Below are positions 24,578 to 36,651 of a DNA stretch of 64,000 bases, one piece after another. The notes under the pieces were generated by a model that saw only the letters and a program-made list of their open reading frames with translations, was not told the DNA's origin and made no database searches. Source of the stretch: an uncultured Deinococcaceae bacterium (GTDB taxonomy: Bacteria > Deinococcota > Deinococci > Deinococcales > Deinococcaceae); NCBI GenBank assembly GCA_964252075.1, contig CAXULY010000022.1:23520-87519 (forward strand), given 5' to 3'. The translations under genes and the position numbers were made by a program. Positions within the stretch are counted from its first letter, which is position 1. Every line of letters begins with the position of its first letter.

Positions 24578-25141
24578 ATGCGTCACAGCACATCACCGCT
24601 CCTCGCGCCCGCGCCCCTGCGCTGGCTCTTCACGGACCCGCGCTCCGCGTGGCTGTGGCTCCTCGCCCGCCTGTACCTCGCCTACGTGTGGCTCAGCTCC
24701 GGCCTGGAGAAACTCTCGGACCCGCACGGGGCCTGGGTGGGCGCGCAGACGGGCTCCGCCATCACGAAGTTCCTGCAGGGCGCGCTCCAGAAAGCGCAGG
24801 GCGACAATCCGGACGTGCAGGCGTGGTACGCGAGCTTCATCCGCGAGGCCGCGCTGCCGGCCGCTCCGGTCCTGTCGTACCTCATCACGTACGGTGAGCT
24901 GGCGGTGGGACTCGCCTTGCTGCTCGGCCTCTTCACGGGTCTCGCGGCGTTCTTCGCAGGCTTCATGAACCTGAATTACCTGCTCGCCGGGACCATCAGC
25001 ACGAACCCCCTGCTGCTCGTGCTCGCCGCGGCGGTGCTCGTGGCGTGGCGCGTGGCGGGCTGGTGGGGCGCGGACGGCTGGGCGCACCGCAGGCGCCAGG
25101 AGGGCCACACGGAACACCTCCGGAACCCGCGCCGGACCTGA
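24578..25141 (+). CDS. DoxX family membrane protein
   Basis: RLYL..W..SGLEK, GEL.VGL.L.LGL and NP motifs; AGGAGG RBS. Confidence 0.85.
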   Translation: MRHSTSPLLAPAPLRWLFTDPRSAWLWLLARLYLAYVWLSSGLEKLSDPHGAWVGAQTGSAITKFLQGALQKAQGDNPDVQAWYASFIREAALPAAPVLSYLITYGELAVGLALLLGLFTGLAAFFAGFMNLNYLLAGTISTNPLLLVLAAAVLVAWRVAGWWGADGWAHRRRQEGHTEHLRNPRRT

Positions 25142-25257
25142 GCCGCAAGACGGCGCAGCGCTCGGACTGCCCGCCTGATCTTCACCTGGAGCGGCCCCAT
25201 TTACCCATCCCTCGCTGGAACGACCCGCCGGTCATCCAGCGAGATCCGTTTTCCACT

Positions 25258-25617
25258 TCACTTCTGGCGCCCGCTGCGCCACGCGAACCAGACCAGCGGC
25301 GCCTGAACGAACAACCTCAGCCACAGAGCCCACACCGGAATGGGCCGGAAGCGCTGGGGCTGCTGCAGCATGAACACGTGCACGGGCGTCACGGCGAGCA
25401 GCAGCAGCACCAGGCCCAGGCTGGCCGCGCCGCGCGTGCGGGGCAGCAGCAACCCCGCTCCGCCCGCGAGTTCGGCCACGCCGCTCCAGACCACCGCGCG
25501 CTCGGGTGATCCCGCCCAGGGCGGCACCACGCGCCGGAACGGCTCGGGGTGGAGGAAGTGCAGGGCGCCCGCCCCCAGGAAGATCAGGGCGGCGGGCAGG
25601 GGAGAGAACCTCGTCAT
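25258..25617 (-). CDS. DoxX-like small membrane protein
   Basis: AGALHF..P..F..VVP, SGVAELAGG and LWLRL..Q motifs. Confidence 0.8.
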   Translation of the reverse strand: MTRFSPLPAALIFLGAGALHFLHPEPFRRVVPPWAGSPERAVVWSGVAELAGGAGLLLPRTRGAASLGLVLLLLAVTPVHVFMLQQPQRFRPIPVWALWLRLFVQAPLVWFAWRSGRQK

Positions 25618-25653
25618 GCCGACAGTGTGCGCGTCGAGCATGACAGTTCCATC

Positions 25654-25688
25654 AAAAAACCGGGGAGCCCACGTGGGCTCCCCGGTTT
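25654..25688 (-). terminator. rpsA terminator
   Basis: aaaccggggagccc-acgt-gggctccccggttt with a T-tract on the minus strand. Confidence 0.85.
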
Positions 25689-25702
25689 CAAGGCGCGTGG
25701 GC

Positions 25703-27436
<1,734 letters not shown>

Positions 27437-27579
27437 TAACTGTCTTCCTCCTGCATGAAGCCTGCTTGATGCGGCAACACCACAGTGTATCACCCCCCGG
27501 TGCGGGGGGGCAAGGCCGAAATCATGCGATGTTGAAGGGCTTCGCGCCCTCTCGACCTCATCGCGAAACGCGAAGGCGC

Positions 27580-27608
27580 TTGACAGCCCGCGAAGGCGTC
27601 GGTAAACT
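27580..27608 (+). promoter_or_regulatory. Sigma-A promoter for tRNA-Gln
   Basis: TTGACA-17 bp-TAAACT. Confidence 0.8.
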
Positions 27609-27681
27609 ACTCCCCGCTGCACCCCGTGATCGGGAGGCCGCAAACCCGCTCCAGAGGCGGGTCGCGTTAAGCTTCAGGTGT

Positions 27682-27755
27682 TGGGGCATCGTCTAACGGC
27701 AGGACAACGCTCTCTGGAAGCGTCGATCATGGTTCGAATCCATGTGCCCCAGCCA
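27682..27755 (+). tRNA. tRNA-Gln (CTG)
   Basis: Acceptor stem tggggca/tgcccca, anticodon arm acgct-ctCTGga-agcgt, GTTCGAATC T-loop, encoded CCA. Confidence 0.96.
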
Positions 27756-27759
27756 CTTC

Positions 27760-27791
27760 AGGGACCGCGTGAAAGCGCGGCCCTTTTTTTT
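27760..27791 (+). terminator. tRNA-Gln terminator
   Basis: GC hairpin with GAAA loop followed by a T8 tract. Confidence 0.85.
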
Positions 27792-27903
27792 GCTGGATGC
27801 CGTGCGGGTAGGACGGGAACCGGTGGCAAGCGCTACACAGCTTTACTTTTTAAAGTGTGCATACGCAACGGTGATGAACAACCCACTCTGATACGCTCGT
27901 GGC

Positions 27904-28872
<969 letters not shown>

Positions 28873-28928
28873 CGCGGGAAACGACAGGTGAGGGGGGGCG
28901 CCGGTTGCGGCGCCCGCCCTCATTTTGC

Positions 28929-29927
28929 TCAGGTGCGGGCGTAACTGCGGCGCAGCAGCCACAGGAAGTACGGGGCGCCCAGCACGGTGGTGACCACGCC
29001 CGCCGGGACTTCCAGCGGGGGCAGCAGCGCGCGGCCCAGCGTGTCCGCCAGCACCACCAGCAGCGCGCCGAGCAGCGCCGCGACCGGCAGCAGGCGCGCG
29101 TGACTGCCGCCCACCAGCCGCCGCGCGACGTGCGGCCCGATCAGGCCCACGAAGCCCAGCACACCGGCGCCCACCGTCGCGGCCCCCGCCAGCGCGACCG
29201 CCAGCGCGAGCGCCACGCCGCGCGCGCGTCCCACCCGCACGCCCAGCGACGTCGCGACCGCCTCCCCGAGTGCCAGGAGGTCCAGGCGGCGCGCGAGGGG
29301 TGGGGCCAGCACCAGCAGGACCGCCCACGGCAGCACCCGCCACAGGCGCTCCCAGTCCGCGCCGTACACGGTGCCGCTCAGGAACGCCAGCGCGCCCCCC
29401 ACGCCGTCCGGCGCGCGCACCAGCACGAGGTCCCGCACGGCGCCCAGCGCCGCCGCGACCGCCACGCCCACCAGCGCGAGCCGCACGGGGTTCGCGGATC
29501 CGCGCTCGCTGGACAGCGCGGCGGTGAGCGCGAAGCCGCCCCACGCGCCCAGCACCGCACCCCACGGCAGCGCCCAGCCCGGCACGTTCGGCACGGCGAG
29601 CAGCAGCACCGTGACGGCCAGGCCCGCGCCTGCCCCCACGCCCACGAGGTCAGGGCTGGCGAGCGGGTTGCGCACCACGCCCTGCAGCAGCGCGCCGCTC
29701 AGCGCGAACATCGCGCCGCTCAGCGCGCCCACCAGCACGCGCGGCAGGCGCAGGTCCAGCACGATCTGCCGGGCGAGGTCGTCCCCGCGCCCCATGAGCG
29801 CGCCCACCACCTGCGCCGGGTCCAGCCGCACCGCGCCCAGGCCGAGCGCCAGCACGGCGGCCAGCGCCAGCAGGACCAGCAGGGCGAGCGGCACCGCCCG
29901 CCACCTCGCGCGCCGCGCGGCGGTCAC
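28929..29927 (-). CDS. FecCD-family iron-siderophore ABC permease
   Basis: RLPR, RNPLASP, GFVGL..PH and GAPYF motifs. Confidence 0.92.
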   Translation of the reverse strand: MTAARRARWRAVPLALLVLLALAAVLALGLGAVRLDPAQVVGALMGRGDDLARQIVLDLRLPRVLVGALSGAMFALSGALLQGVVRNPLASPDLVGVGAGAGLAVTVLLLAVPNVPGWALPWGAVLGAWGGFALTAALSSERGSANPVRLALVGVAVAAALGAVRDLVLVRAPDGVGGALAFLSGTVYGADWERLWRVLPWAVLLVLAPPLARRLDLLALGEAVATSLGVRVGRARGVALALAVALAGAATVGAGVLGFVGLIGPHVARRLVGGSHARLLPVAALLGALLVVLADTLGRALLPPLEVPAGVVTTVLGAPYFLWLLRRSYART

Positions 29928-30847
29928 TGGAGCGTGTAGCCCCGCGCGGGCGCGCGGTCGGCCAGCAGGCCGCTCGCGATGGCCTGCGCGACCATCAGCT
30001 TCAGGGCCATCGGGCCGCGCGCGCGCGTCCACAGGTCGCGGTCAAAGACGTACACGCGGCCCCGTTGCACCGCCGGGAGGCGCTGCCACAGGGGGTTCTG
30101 CGCCCAGGCGCGCGTGATGGGCACCTCGTCGGCGCCCGTGAAGAGCACCAGCGTCTGCGGCGCCAGGGCGGCGAGGCCCTCCAGCGACGTCTCGAACTGC
30201 GTCTGACCGCCCTGCGGCTTCACCGCGTCGCGCCGACCCAGCGCCTCCAGCAGGCTCCCCGCGAAACTCTCCGTGGTGTGCACCGTCAGGGACTGCGGCG
30301 TGGCGACCGCCAGCACCATGCTGGGCGCCTTCTTCGCCGCGAAGGCGCGCGCCTTCTGCACCAGCCGCGCCTGATCCGCCATGATGTTTCGCGCGACCGC
30401 TTCCCGGCCCACCAGGCGCCCGATCAGCAGCACCTGGTTCATGACGTCGTCGTAACTCGCGCGGCGCGAGGTCAGCACCGCGGTGGGCGCCAGGCGACCC
30501 AGCGGCCCCACCAGCGTCTTGTGAATCAGGGGGTCCGCGAGGATCAGGTCCGGGCGGCTCGCGGCGAGGCCCTCCAGGCTGGGCTGGCCGCGCGAGCCCA
30601 CCTCACGCACGCCCACCAGGTGCGGCAGCAGGTAGGCGGGCGCGCCCCGGTCACCGCCCTGCGTGCCGATGGCCGCCGCGACGGGCTTCACGCCCAGCGC
30701 GATCAGCGTGTCGAGGAAGCTGTACTCCAGCGGCACCACGCGCGTCGCGGGGGCTTTCAGCGTGAGGGGCCCCGTCTCGGTCGTGACGGTGACGGGCGCG
30801 GCGAGGGCGCTGCCCGCGAGCAGCAGGGACATCAGGAATCGTTTCAT
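29924..30847 (-). CDS. Iron-siderophore ABC substrate-binding protein
   Basis: Signal peptide; RVVPLEYSF, LGVKPV and PSLE...PDLI motifs. Confidence 0.9.
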   Translation of the reverse strand: MKRFLMSLLLAGSALAAPVTVTTETGPLTLKAPATRVVPLEYSFLDTLIALGVKPVAAAIGTQGGDRGAPAYLLPHLVGVREVGSRGQPSLEGLAASRPDLILADPLIHKTLVGPLGRLAPTAVLTSRRASYDDVMNQVLLIGRLVGREAVARNIMADQARLVQKARAFAAKKAPSMVLAVATPQSLTVHTTESFAGSLLEALGRRDAVKPQGGQTQFETSLEGLAALAPQTLVLFTGADEVPITRAWAQNPLWQRLPAVQRGRVYVFDRDLWTRARGPMALKLMVAQAIASGLLADRAPARGYTLQ

Positions 30848-30866
30848 GGCTTCAGACCTCCGGGTT

Positions 30867-31877
30867 TCAGGTGTCCGCGCGGCGCAGGCGCCGCGCGACC
30901 AGCACGAAGAACGGCGCGCCCAGCACCGCGATCAGGATGCCGACGGGCACCTCGGCGGGGCGGTTGACGAGGCGGGCGGCGGCGTCCGCGAGGGGCAGCA
31001 GGGCCGCGCCCAGCAGGGCGGCGAGGGGCAGGTTGCGGCGGTGATCGGGGCCGCTCAGGGCGCGCGCGGCGTGAGGCGCGAGGAGCCCCACGAAGCCCAC
31101 CGGGCCGACCACGCTCACGGCGCTCGCGGCGAGCAGCACGCCCACCGCCGACACCAGCGCGGCGTCCCGGCGGGCGCGCGCGCCGAGGCTGCGCGCCACG
31201 TCCTCACCGAGCGCCAGCAGGTTCACGCGCCCCGCGAGCAGGAAGGCCGCGAGCAGGCCCACCGCCGTCCAGGGCAGCAACTGCCACAGGGCGGGCCAGC
31301 CGCGGTTCACGAGCGTGCCCTGCAGGCTGAAGAGTGCGCCCTGCGCGCGCTGCTCGAACAGCACCAGCAGCGCGCGCGTGGTGGCCGCCGCGAGGGACGC
31401 GACCGTCACGCCCGCGAGTGCCAGCCGCAGCGGCGTGAACCCCACGCCCGCCGTGATGGTCAGGGCGACCGCCGCGGCCGCCAGCCCACCCACGAAGGCG
31501 AGCGGGACCAGCAGCGCCGTCAGGCCCGGGGCGAAGACCAGCACCAGCAGCACCGCGAGGGACGCGCCCGCCTCCACCCCCAGGATGCCGGGGTCCGCGA
31601 GCGGGTTGCGCGTCACGCCCTGCAGCAGCCCGCCGCTCACGCCGAGCGCCGCGCCCGCCAGCGCCGCGACCAGCGCGCGCGGCAGGCGCAGCGTCCACAC
31701 CACGAGGCTGTCCGTGCCCTCCGACGGGTGCAGCAGCACCTCCAGCACGCGCGTGGGCGCCAGCGTCTGCGCGCCCACGCCCACCCCGAGCAGCAGCGCC
31801 AGCAGCAGCAGCACGCCCGCCAGCGTCAGGGCCGCGCCGGGCCGCAGGCGCACGGCGGGGAACCGCGCGGCCCTCAC
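30867..31877 (-). CDS. FecCD-family iron-siderophore ABC permease
   Basis: RLPR, TRNPLADP, GFVGL and GAPFF motifs. Confidence 0.92.
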   Translation of the reverse strand: MRAARFPAVRLRPGAALTLAGVLLLLALLLGVGVGAQTLAPTRVLEVLLHPSEGTDSLVVWTLRLPRALVAALAGAALGVSGGLLQGVTRNPLADPGILGVEAGASLAVLLVLVFAPGLTALLVPLAFVGGLAAAAVALTITAGVGFTPLRLALAGVTVASLAAATTRALLVLFEQRAQGALFSLQGTLVNRGWPALWQLLPWTAVGLLAAFLLAGRVNLLALGEDVARSLGARARRDAALVSAVGVLLAASAVSVVGPVGFVGLLAPHAARALSGPDHRRNLPLAALLGAALLPLADAAARLVNRPAEVPVGILIAVLGAPFFVLVARRLRRADT

Positions 31878-32863
31878 CGCCCCTCCAGGGTGCAGGTGTA
31901 CTGCGCCACCGCCTGCGTGAGCGGGGAGTCGCTGCGCGGGCGCACCTCGAGTGGCGCCGCGCGCCGCACCCACGCGCGGTACTGATGCACGGTGCCGGAG
32001 GGGTCCGTGGCGCACAGGAGCACCTCGCTGCCCTCATCGTCCCGGGCGGTGACCTGTACCTGCACGTCCGCGTCAAGCCACCACCAGCCCGCGCGCATGA
32101 ACGCCTCGCGCTCCGCCACCTGAGCGATGGGCTCCAGCGCGCCCCAGCCGCGGTAATGCCCGCGCAGGCGGGTGTGGTCGCCCTGCCGGTCGTGCAGCGC
32201 TGCCGCGAGGTCTTCGTCCATGAACGCCCACGCGCGGCCGCTCGGCAACTCCGTCACGGTCGGGGCGAAACGGTGTCCGCCCAGGTGCGCGCTGCGCCAC
32301 ACGCGCGCGCCCCGCTCACGCAGCGCCGCGTACAGGGGGTACCCATGCCGCCCGCATGCGGCGTCCACGTGGCCGTGCGTGCACACGAGCCACTCCGTGG
32401 GCGCGCCGGGGTCAGGTGTGGGTCGCTCGTCGCCCCGCAGGGCGCGCTCCATGAGATCCAGCAGCGCGTCCTCGTTCAGGTGGTGCGTCTGCTGGGCAAC
32501 CGCGCCGTCCTGCCGCGCGTAATGCCGCACGCGCGTGCCCGTGCGGAGGTCCCGCCCACTGCCGTCGTCGTACAGGTAGAGGCCGAAACCCACCCCGCGC
32601 GCCTGCACCCACGCCCCGAGGTGCGCCTGCACCGCCTGGCGGCGCGCGCTCCAGCGCGCGGGGTCGCGGAAGGCGTCCCACGCGCGCAGGGGGAGGGCCA
32701 CGGCGAGCGCCTGATCCCAGCGCGCGGCGGTCCCGATGGGGTCCTCACCGGCCGCGCGGGCCGCCCAGTTGCACAGGGGAGTTCGCCCGCCGTAGTCATC
32801 GCTGGGTTGCCCACAGGGGGTCACGGGCCCCGCAGGTGTGCCGTGCGCCCGGCTGACGCTCAA
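31874..32863 (-). CDS. Sucrase/ferredoxin-like protein (start uncertain)
   Basis: C....GEDPIGTA, VCTHG..DAACG and HLGGHRFAPT motifs. Confidence 0.8.
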   Translation of the reverse strand: MSVSRAHGTPAGPVTPCGQPSDDYGGRTPLCNWAARAAGEDPIGTAARWDQALAVALPLRAWDAFRDPARWSARRQAVQAHLGAWVQARGVGFGLYLYDDGSGRDLRTGTRVRHYARQDGAVAQQTHHLNEDALLDLMERALRGDERPTPDPGAPTEWLVCTHGHVDAACGRHGYPLYAALRERGARVWRSAHLGGHRFAPTVTELPSGRAWAFMDEDLAAALHDRQGDHTRLRGHYRGWGALEPIAQVAEREAFMRAGWWWLDADVQVQVTARDDEGSEVLLCATDPSGTVHQYRAWVRRAAPLEVRPRSDSPLTQAVAQYTCTLEGR

Positions 32864-33118
32864 GGGTGAGGCAAGTTCGGTAGGAGCGTCGCCGCAGTGC
32901 GGCGTGGACCAGCGCTGGACCGCGGCGTGCCTGATGTCGCCCCTTTGCTGGTGGAGGGGCGACGTCCAGCGTGGGGCGGTCTGGTGTGAGGGGAGGCTGG
33001 AACTCGGGCATGCGGTCCTTTCAACGGTGCCATGTGGAAAATCGTATTAATCCTACTGGCATACCCGGGTTTGGCATGCGGGGCGAACGTCCCGCGCCGC
33101 CACTCCCTACACTGGGGC

Positions 33119-33616
33119 GTGCCGTCCCGCCTGCTGCGCCGCCTGCGCGCCCTGCCCGCCAAGCTCACCCGCCTCGCGCGTAGCCTGAGCGCCCGCCAGG
33201 CCCAGCCGGACGACGCCTGGGCGCTGGCCTTCCTGAACCCCGGCGAGTCGCGCGTGTACCGCGGCCTCGACCCGCGTGACCGCGAGCACGCCTGCCGCAT
33301 CACGCGCGCCCTCCTCGCCGCGCACCCCGGCCAGCCTGAGGAGGTGATCGCCGCCGCACTGCTGCACGACAGCGGTAAGTCAGGCCGCCCGTACCGCGTG
33401 TGGGAGCGCGTGGCGGCGGGCCTCGTGCCGCTCCCGCTGGCGCGCTGCCTGCCGCTCGGCGCGGTGCGCGTCCGCGCGCACCACCCGGAACTGGGCGCCG
33501 CGCTGCTCCGACGCGCGGGCGCGCGCCCGCGCGTCGCGGAACTCGTCGCGCGGCACCACGCGCCCGGCGGGGACGCGCAGGCGGCCCTGCTGCACCGCTT
33601 CGACGACCTGGAGTGA
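33119..33616 (+). CDS. HD-domain protein
   Basis: REH, ALLHDSGK, HHPELGA and ARHH motifs; TACACT 5 nt before the GTG. Confidence 0.8.
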   Translation: MPSRLLRRLRALPAKLTRLARSLSARQAQPDDAWALAFLNPGESRVYRGLDPRDREHACRITRALLAAHPGQPEEVIAAALLHDSGKSGRPYRVWERVAAGLVPLPLARCLPLGAVRVRAHHPELGAALLRRAGARPRVAELVARHHAPGGDAQAALLHRFDDLE

Positions 33617-33625
33617 AGCGCGCGC

Positions 33626-33654
33626 TTGACAAGTGCCGGTCCCGGCCCTAGACT
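33626..33654 (+). promoter_or_regulatory. Sigma-A promoter for tRNA-Glu
   Basis: TTGACA-17 bp-TAGACT. Confidence 0.8.
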
Positions 33655-33700
33655 CATTCCCGCTGCTTTCCGCCGGCCTAGAGGCGCGCAGCCACCGGAC

Positions 33701-33777
<77 letters not shown>

Positions 33778-33778
33778 C

Positions 33779-33806
33779 AAGCGCCGCCTGAACAGGCGGC
33801 GCTTTT
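33779..33806 (+). terminator. tRNA-Glu terminator
   Basis: aagcgccgcctg-aa-caggcggcgctttt. Confidence 0.85.
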
Positions 33807-33860
33807 CCGTGTATGCCATTCGGCGGGTGAAGCCGCGCCGCGAGCCCACTACCCTGAGGC

Positions 33861-34877
33861 GTGACGCCTGACCTGCACCTCGCCCTCCACGACCTGCGCG
33901 CCGCCCTCGGCGATTACCTGGACCGCGACCGCGCGGACGGTGTCTTTCAGCTTCAGGTGCTGGGGGCGGGCAGCGTGCCGGGCCTTGAGGACCTCGCGCC
34001 GCCCACGGTGTACTTGGACCTGTTGCCCGACCCGCCCACCGAGGATCAGCGCGCCGCCATCACCGCCCTCGGCTACGATTGGTCGGCGCCCAGGAGCGCC
34101 CGCCACCCGGGCGGCTGGACCCTGGAACTGCACGACTTCACCGACACGACCGCTCCGGACCCGCTGGCCCTGCACCGCTGGCTGCTGCACCACGAGTCGG
34201 CGCGGCATCAGTACCGCGAGGCGTTCACCAGGAGTGGTGGGGTGCCGGACGCGATCCTGCTGCCGCAGGCGCGCGCCTGGCTGACGGCGGACCTCGGGTG
34301 GCGTCCGCTCCAGCAGGCGCTCGCGGCGCTGGGTGATCTGCCCGGCCCCGTGATGTTCGCGGGCGGCTGGGCGCTCGACCTGACGCTCGGGCGGCCCACG
34401 CGCCTGCACGAGGACGTGGACCTGATCGCGCCGCGCGCGCAGCAGATGGAGGTCCGCGAGCGCCTGCTGTTGGGCGGGTGGCGACTGGACGTCAGCGTGG
34501 AGCACCAGTACCGTCGCTGGGACGCGCCGCTGCCCGAGGGCGCGCACCAGGTCCACGCGCGGCACCCGGCCTTCGCGTCACACCTGCTGGACGTCCTGTT
34601 CACGGACATGGACGAGGGCACGTGGCGGTACCGCCGCGACCCGTCCATCACCCTGCCCATGACGCGCGTGGGCCGGGTGGCCCCGAATGGCCTGCCGCAC
34701 CTCGCGCCGGAGGCGGTGCTGCTCTTCAAGAGCGGCGGTGCGGGCCGCGCGCCCAGGGGCAAGGACGCCCTGGACTTCGAGCGCGCCCTGCCGCACCTGG
34801 ATGGGGAAGCCCGCGCGTGGCTTTCGTCCGTTCTGGACCCCGCCCACGCGTGGCAGTCCGCCTTGCGGGATGGGTGA
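33861..34877 (+). CDS. Nucleotidyltransferase (AadB/Lnu-like C-terminal domain) with GrpB-like N-terminal domain
   Basis: AGGWALDL..GRPTRLHEDVD, PEAVLLFK and KDALDF motifs; N-terminal GAGSVPGL. Confidence 0.7.
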   Translation: MTPDLHLALHDLRAALGDYLDRDRADGVFQLQVLGAGSVPGLEDLAPPTVYLDLLPDPPTEDQRAAITALGYDWSAPRSARHPGGWTLELHDFTDTTAPDPLALHRWLLHHESARHQYREAFTRSGGVPDAILLPQARAWLTADLGWRPLQQALAALGDLPGPVMFAGGWALDLTLGRPTRLHEDVDLIAPRAQQMEVRERLLLGGWRLDVSVEHQYRRWDAPLPEGAHQVHARHPAFASHLLDVLFTDMDEGTWRYRRDPSITLPMTRVGRVAPNGLPHLAPEAVLLFKSGGAGRAPRGKDALDFERALPHLDGEARAWLSSVLDPAHAWQSALRDG

Positions 34878-34906
34878 AGGGTGCGGCACGCCGCACCCTT
34901 CACGGT

Positions 34907-35404
34907 TCACTTCACGCGCTGTTCCAGCGGTGGGATTCTGAGGCCGCCCTTGCCATCCCAGCCCTTGAAGGCGTAAAAGCGGCCCGGCAGGCCAGTGGTC
35001 AGGTAGTCGGTGAGCGGCTCACGCATGGGGGGACTCTCCAGCCGCCCCATCGCTTCCTCCGGCGTGAAGAAGCGGGCCTCCACGATGAAGCCGTCCGGGT
35101 CTGCGGGATTCAGCAGGCCCTCCCACGTCGCGTCGAACACCACCGCCATGGCGCGCTCCCCACGCCGCTCGTCCTCAATGTGAACGGTGTACGCCATGTG
35201 CCGGATGCCTTTTACCTTCAGCCCGGTCTCCTCGAAGATCTCCCGGTACAGCGCCTCGGGAATGATCTCGCCCGGCTCGACCACGCCGCCCGGCAGGGTG
35301 TACCGCACGCGCCCGGCGCCCTGCCAGTCGTTCCCGACCAGCAGCACCCGGCCCTGCGCGTCTCGAAGCACCGCTGCCGTGACCAGCAGGTCACGCCGCG
35401 CCAT
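34907..35404 (-). CDS. NUDIX hydrolase
   Basis: PGGVVEPGE.....[11 protein letters not shown]udix box. Confidence 0.92.
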   Translation of the reverse strand: MARRDLLVTAAVLRDAQGRVLLVGNDWQGAGRVRYTLPGGVVEPGEIIPEALYREIFEETGLKVKGIRHMAYTVHIEDERRGERAMAVVFDATWEGLLNPADPDGFIVEARFFTPEEAMGRLESPPMREPLTDYLTTGLPGRFYAFKGWDGKGGLRIPPLEQRVK

Positions 35405-36479
35405 GCGTCATCTCGGTCAGGAGGGCCTCGCGTTCCTGCTGCAGCAGCGCCGCGTTGATGGGGGCCAGCTCCCCGTTCATGACGGCGCCCAGGTCGAAGT
35501 TCTTCTGCTCGCCCGTCAGGCGGTGGTCCGTCACGCGGTTTTGCGGGTAGTTGTACGTGCGGATCTTCTCGCTGCGGTCCCCGCTGCCCACCTGCGCCGC
35601 GCGGTTCGCGCGTTCGCTCGCCTCGCGCGCCTCACGCTCGCGCTGCGCGAGGCGCGTGCGCAACTCCGTGAGGGCCTTCTCGCGGTTCTTAATCTGGCTG
35701 CGCGACTCCTGACACACCACCACGATCTCATCGGGCGTGCCCGCGCGGTACACCGCGCGCACCGCGGAATCCGTGGTGTTCACGCCCTGCCCGCCCGCGC
35801 CCTGCGAGCGGTACACGTCAATGCGCACCTCGCTGAGGTCCAGCTGCACCTCGGACTCCTCGGCCTCCGCGAGGACCGCCACCGTCACGGTGCTGGTGTG
35901 AATGCGCCCGGCGGATTCCGTGGCGGGCACGCGCTGCACGCGGTGCACGCCCCGCTCGAACTTGAAGGCCCTGAAGGCGTCATCGCCCGTCACTTCCGCC
36001 ACGACCTTCGCGAAGCCGCCCAGGTCGCTCTCGCCCGCGTCCAGCACGTTCAGGGCGAGGCGCTGGCCTTCCGCGTACCGCTGGTACAGGCGCAGCAGGT
36101 CCGCCGCGAACAGCCCGGCCTCCGCGCCGCCCGCGCCCGCGCGCAACTCCAGAATCACGTTCTTGTGGTCGTCCGGGTCGCGCGGCAGGAGCAGCACCTC
36201 CAGTTCCGCCTCGATGTCCGCCATGCGGCGCTGCGCGGCCTCTAAGTCCTGCTGCGCGAGCTCCCGCATCTCCGGGTCGCCCAGCAGCTCGCTGGCGTCC
36301 TCGCGCTGCTGGCTGAGGTCCTGGTACTCGCGCCACAGGACCACGATGGGGGTGAGTTCACGGTGCCGCCGCGTGAGGTCCAGCAGGCGGCGGGTGTCCG
36401 TCATGAGCTCAGGGTCGGCCAGTCGGTGTTCAGTGGTGGTGTACTCGTGCTCCAGGTCGGTCAGGCGCTCGGTCAGCAC
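35391..36479 (-). CDS. prfA: Peptide chain release factor 1
   Basis: GGQ motif, PAT tripeptide (RF1 type), [11 protein letters not shown]; start taken as GTG 36479. Confidence 0.93.
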   Translation of the reverse strand: MLTERLTDLEHEYTTTEHRLADPELMTDTRRLLDLTRRHRELTPIVVLWREYQDLSQQREDASELLGDPEMRELAQQDLEAAQRRMADIEAELEVLLLPRDPDDHKNVILELRAGAGGAEAGLFAADLLRLYQRYAEGQRLALNVLDAGESDLGGFAKVVAEVTGDDAFRAFKFERGVHRVQRVPATESAGRIHTSTVTVAVLAEAEESEVQLDLSEVRIDVYRSQGAGGQGVNTTDSAVRAVYRAGTPDEIVVVCQESRSQIKNREKALTELRTRLAQREREAREASERANRAAQVGSGDRSEKIRTYNYPQNRVTDHRLTGEQKNFDLGAVMNGELAPINAALLQQEREALLTEMTHGAA

Positions 36480-36651
36480 GGTGCCCGGCCCCGCTGCGAG
36501 AGGGCGAAAAAACGCTCGTGGATCATGCACCCAGTCTAGCCCAGGGGCCAAGCGCGACCGGAGGGAAGCTTTCTAATCGAGCGCATGACTCCGATGACGT
36601 TCCTCTCATGCCCGGGCGCGCCGAATGCCGCCCGCGCCCGGACGGCCTGAC

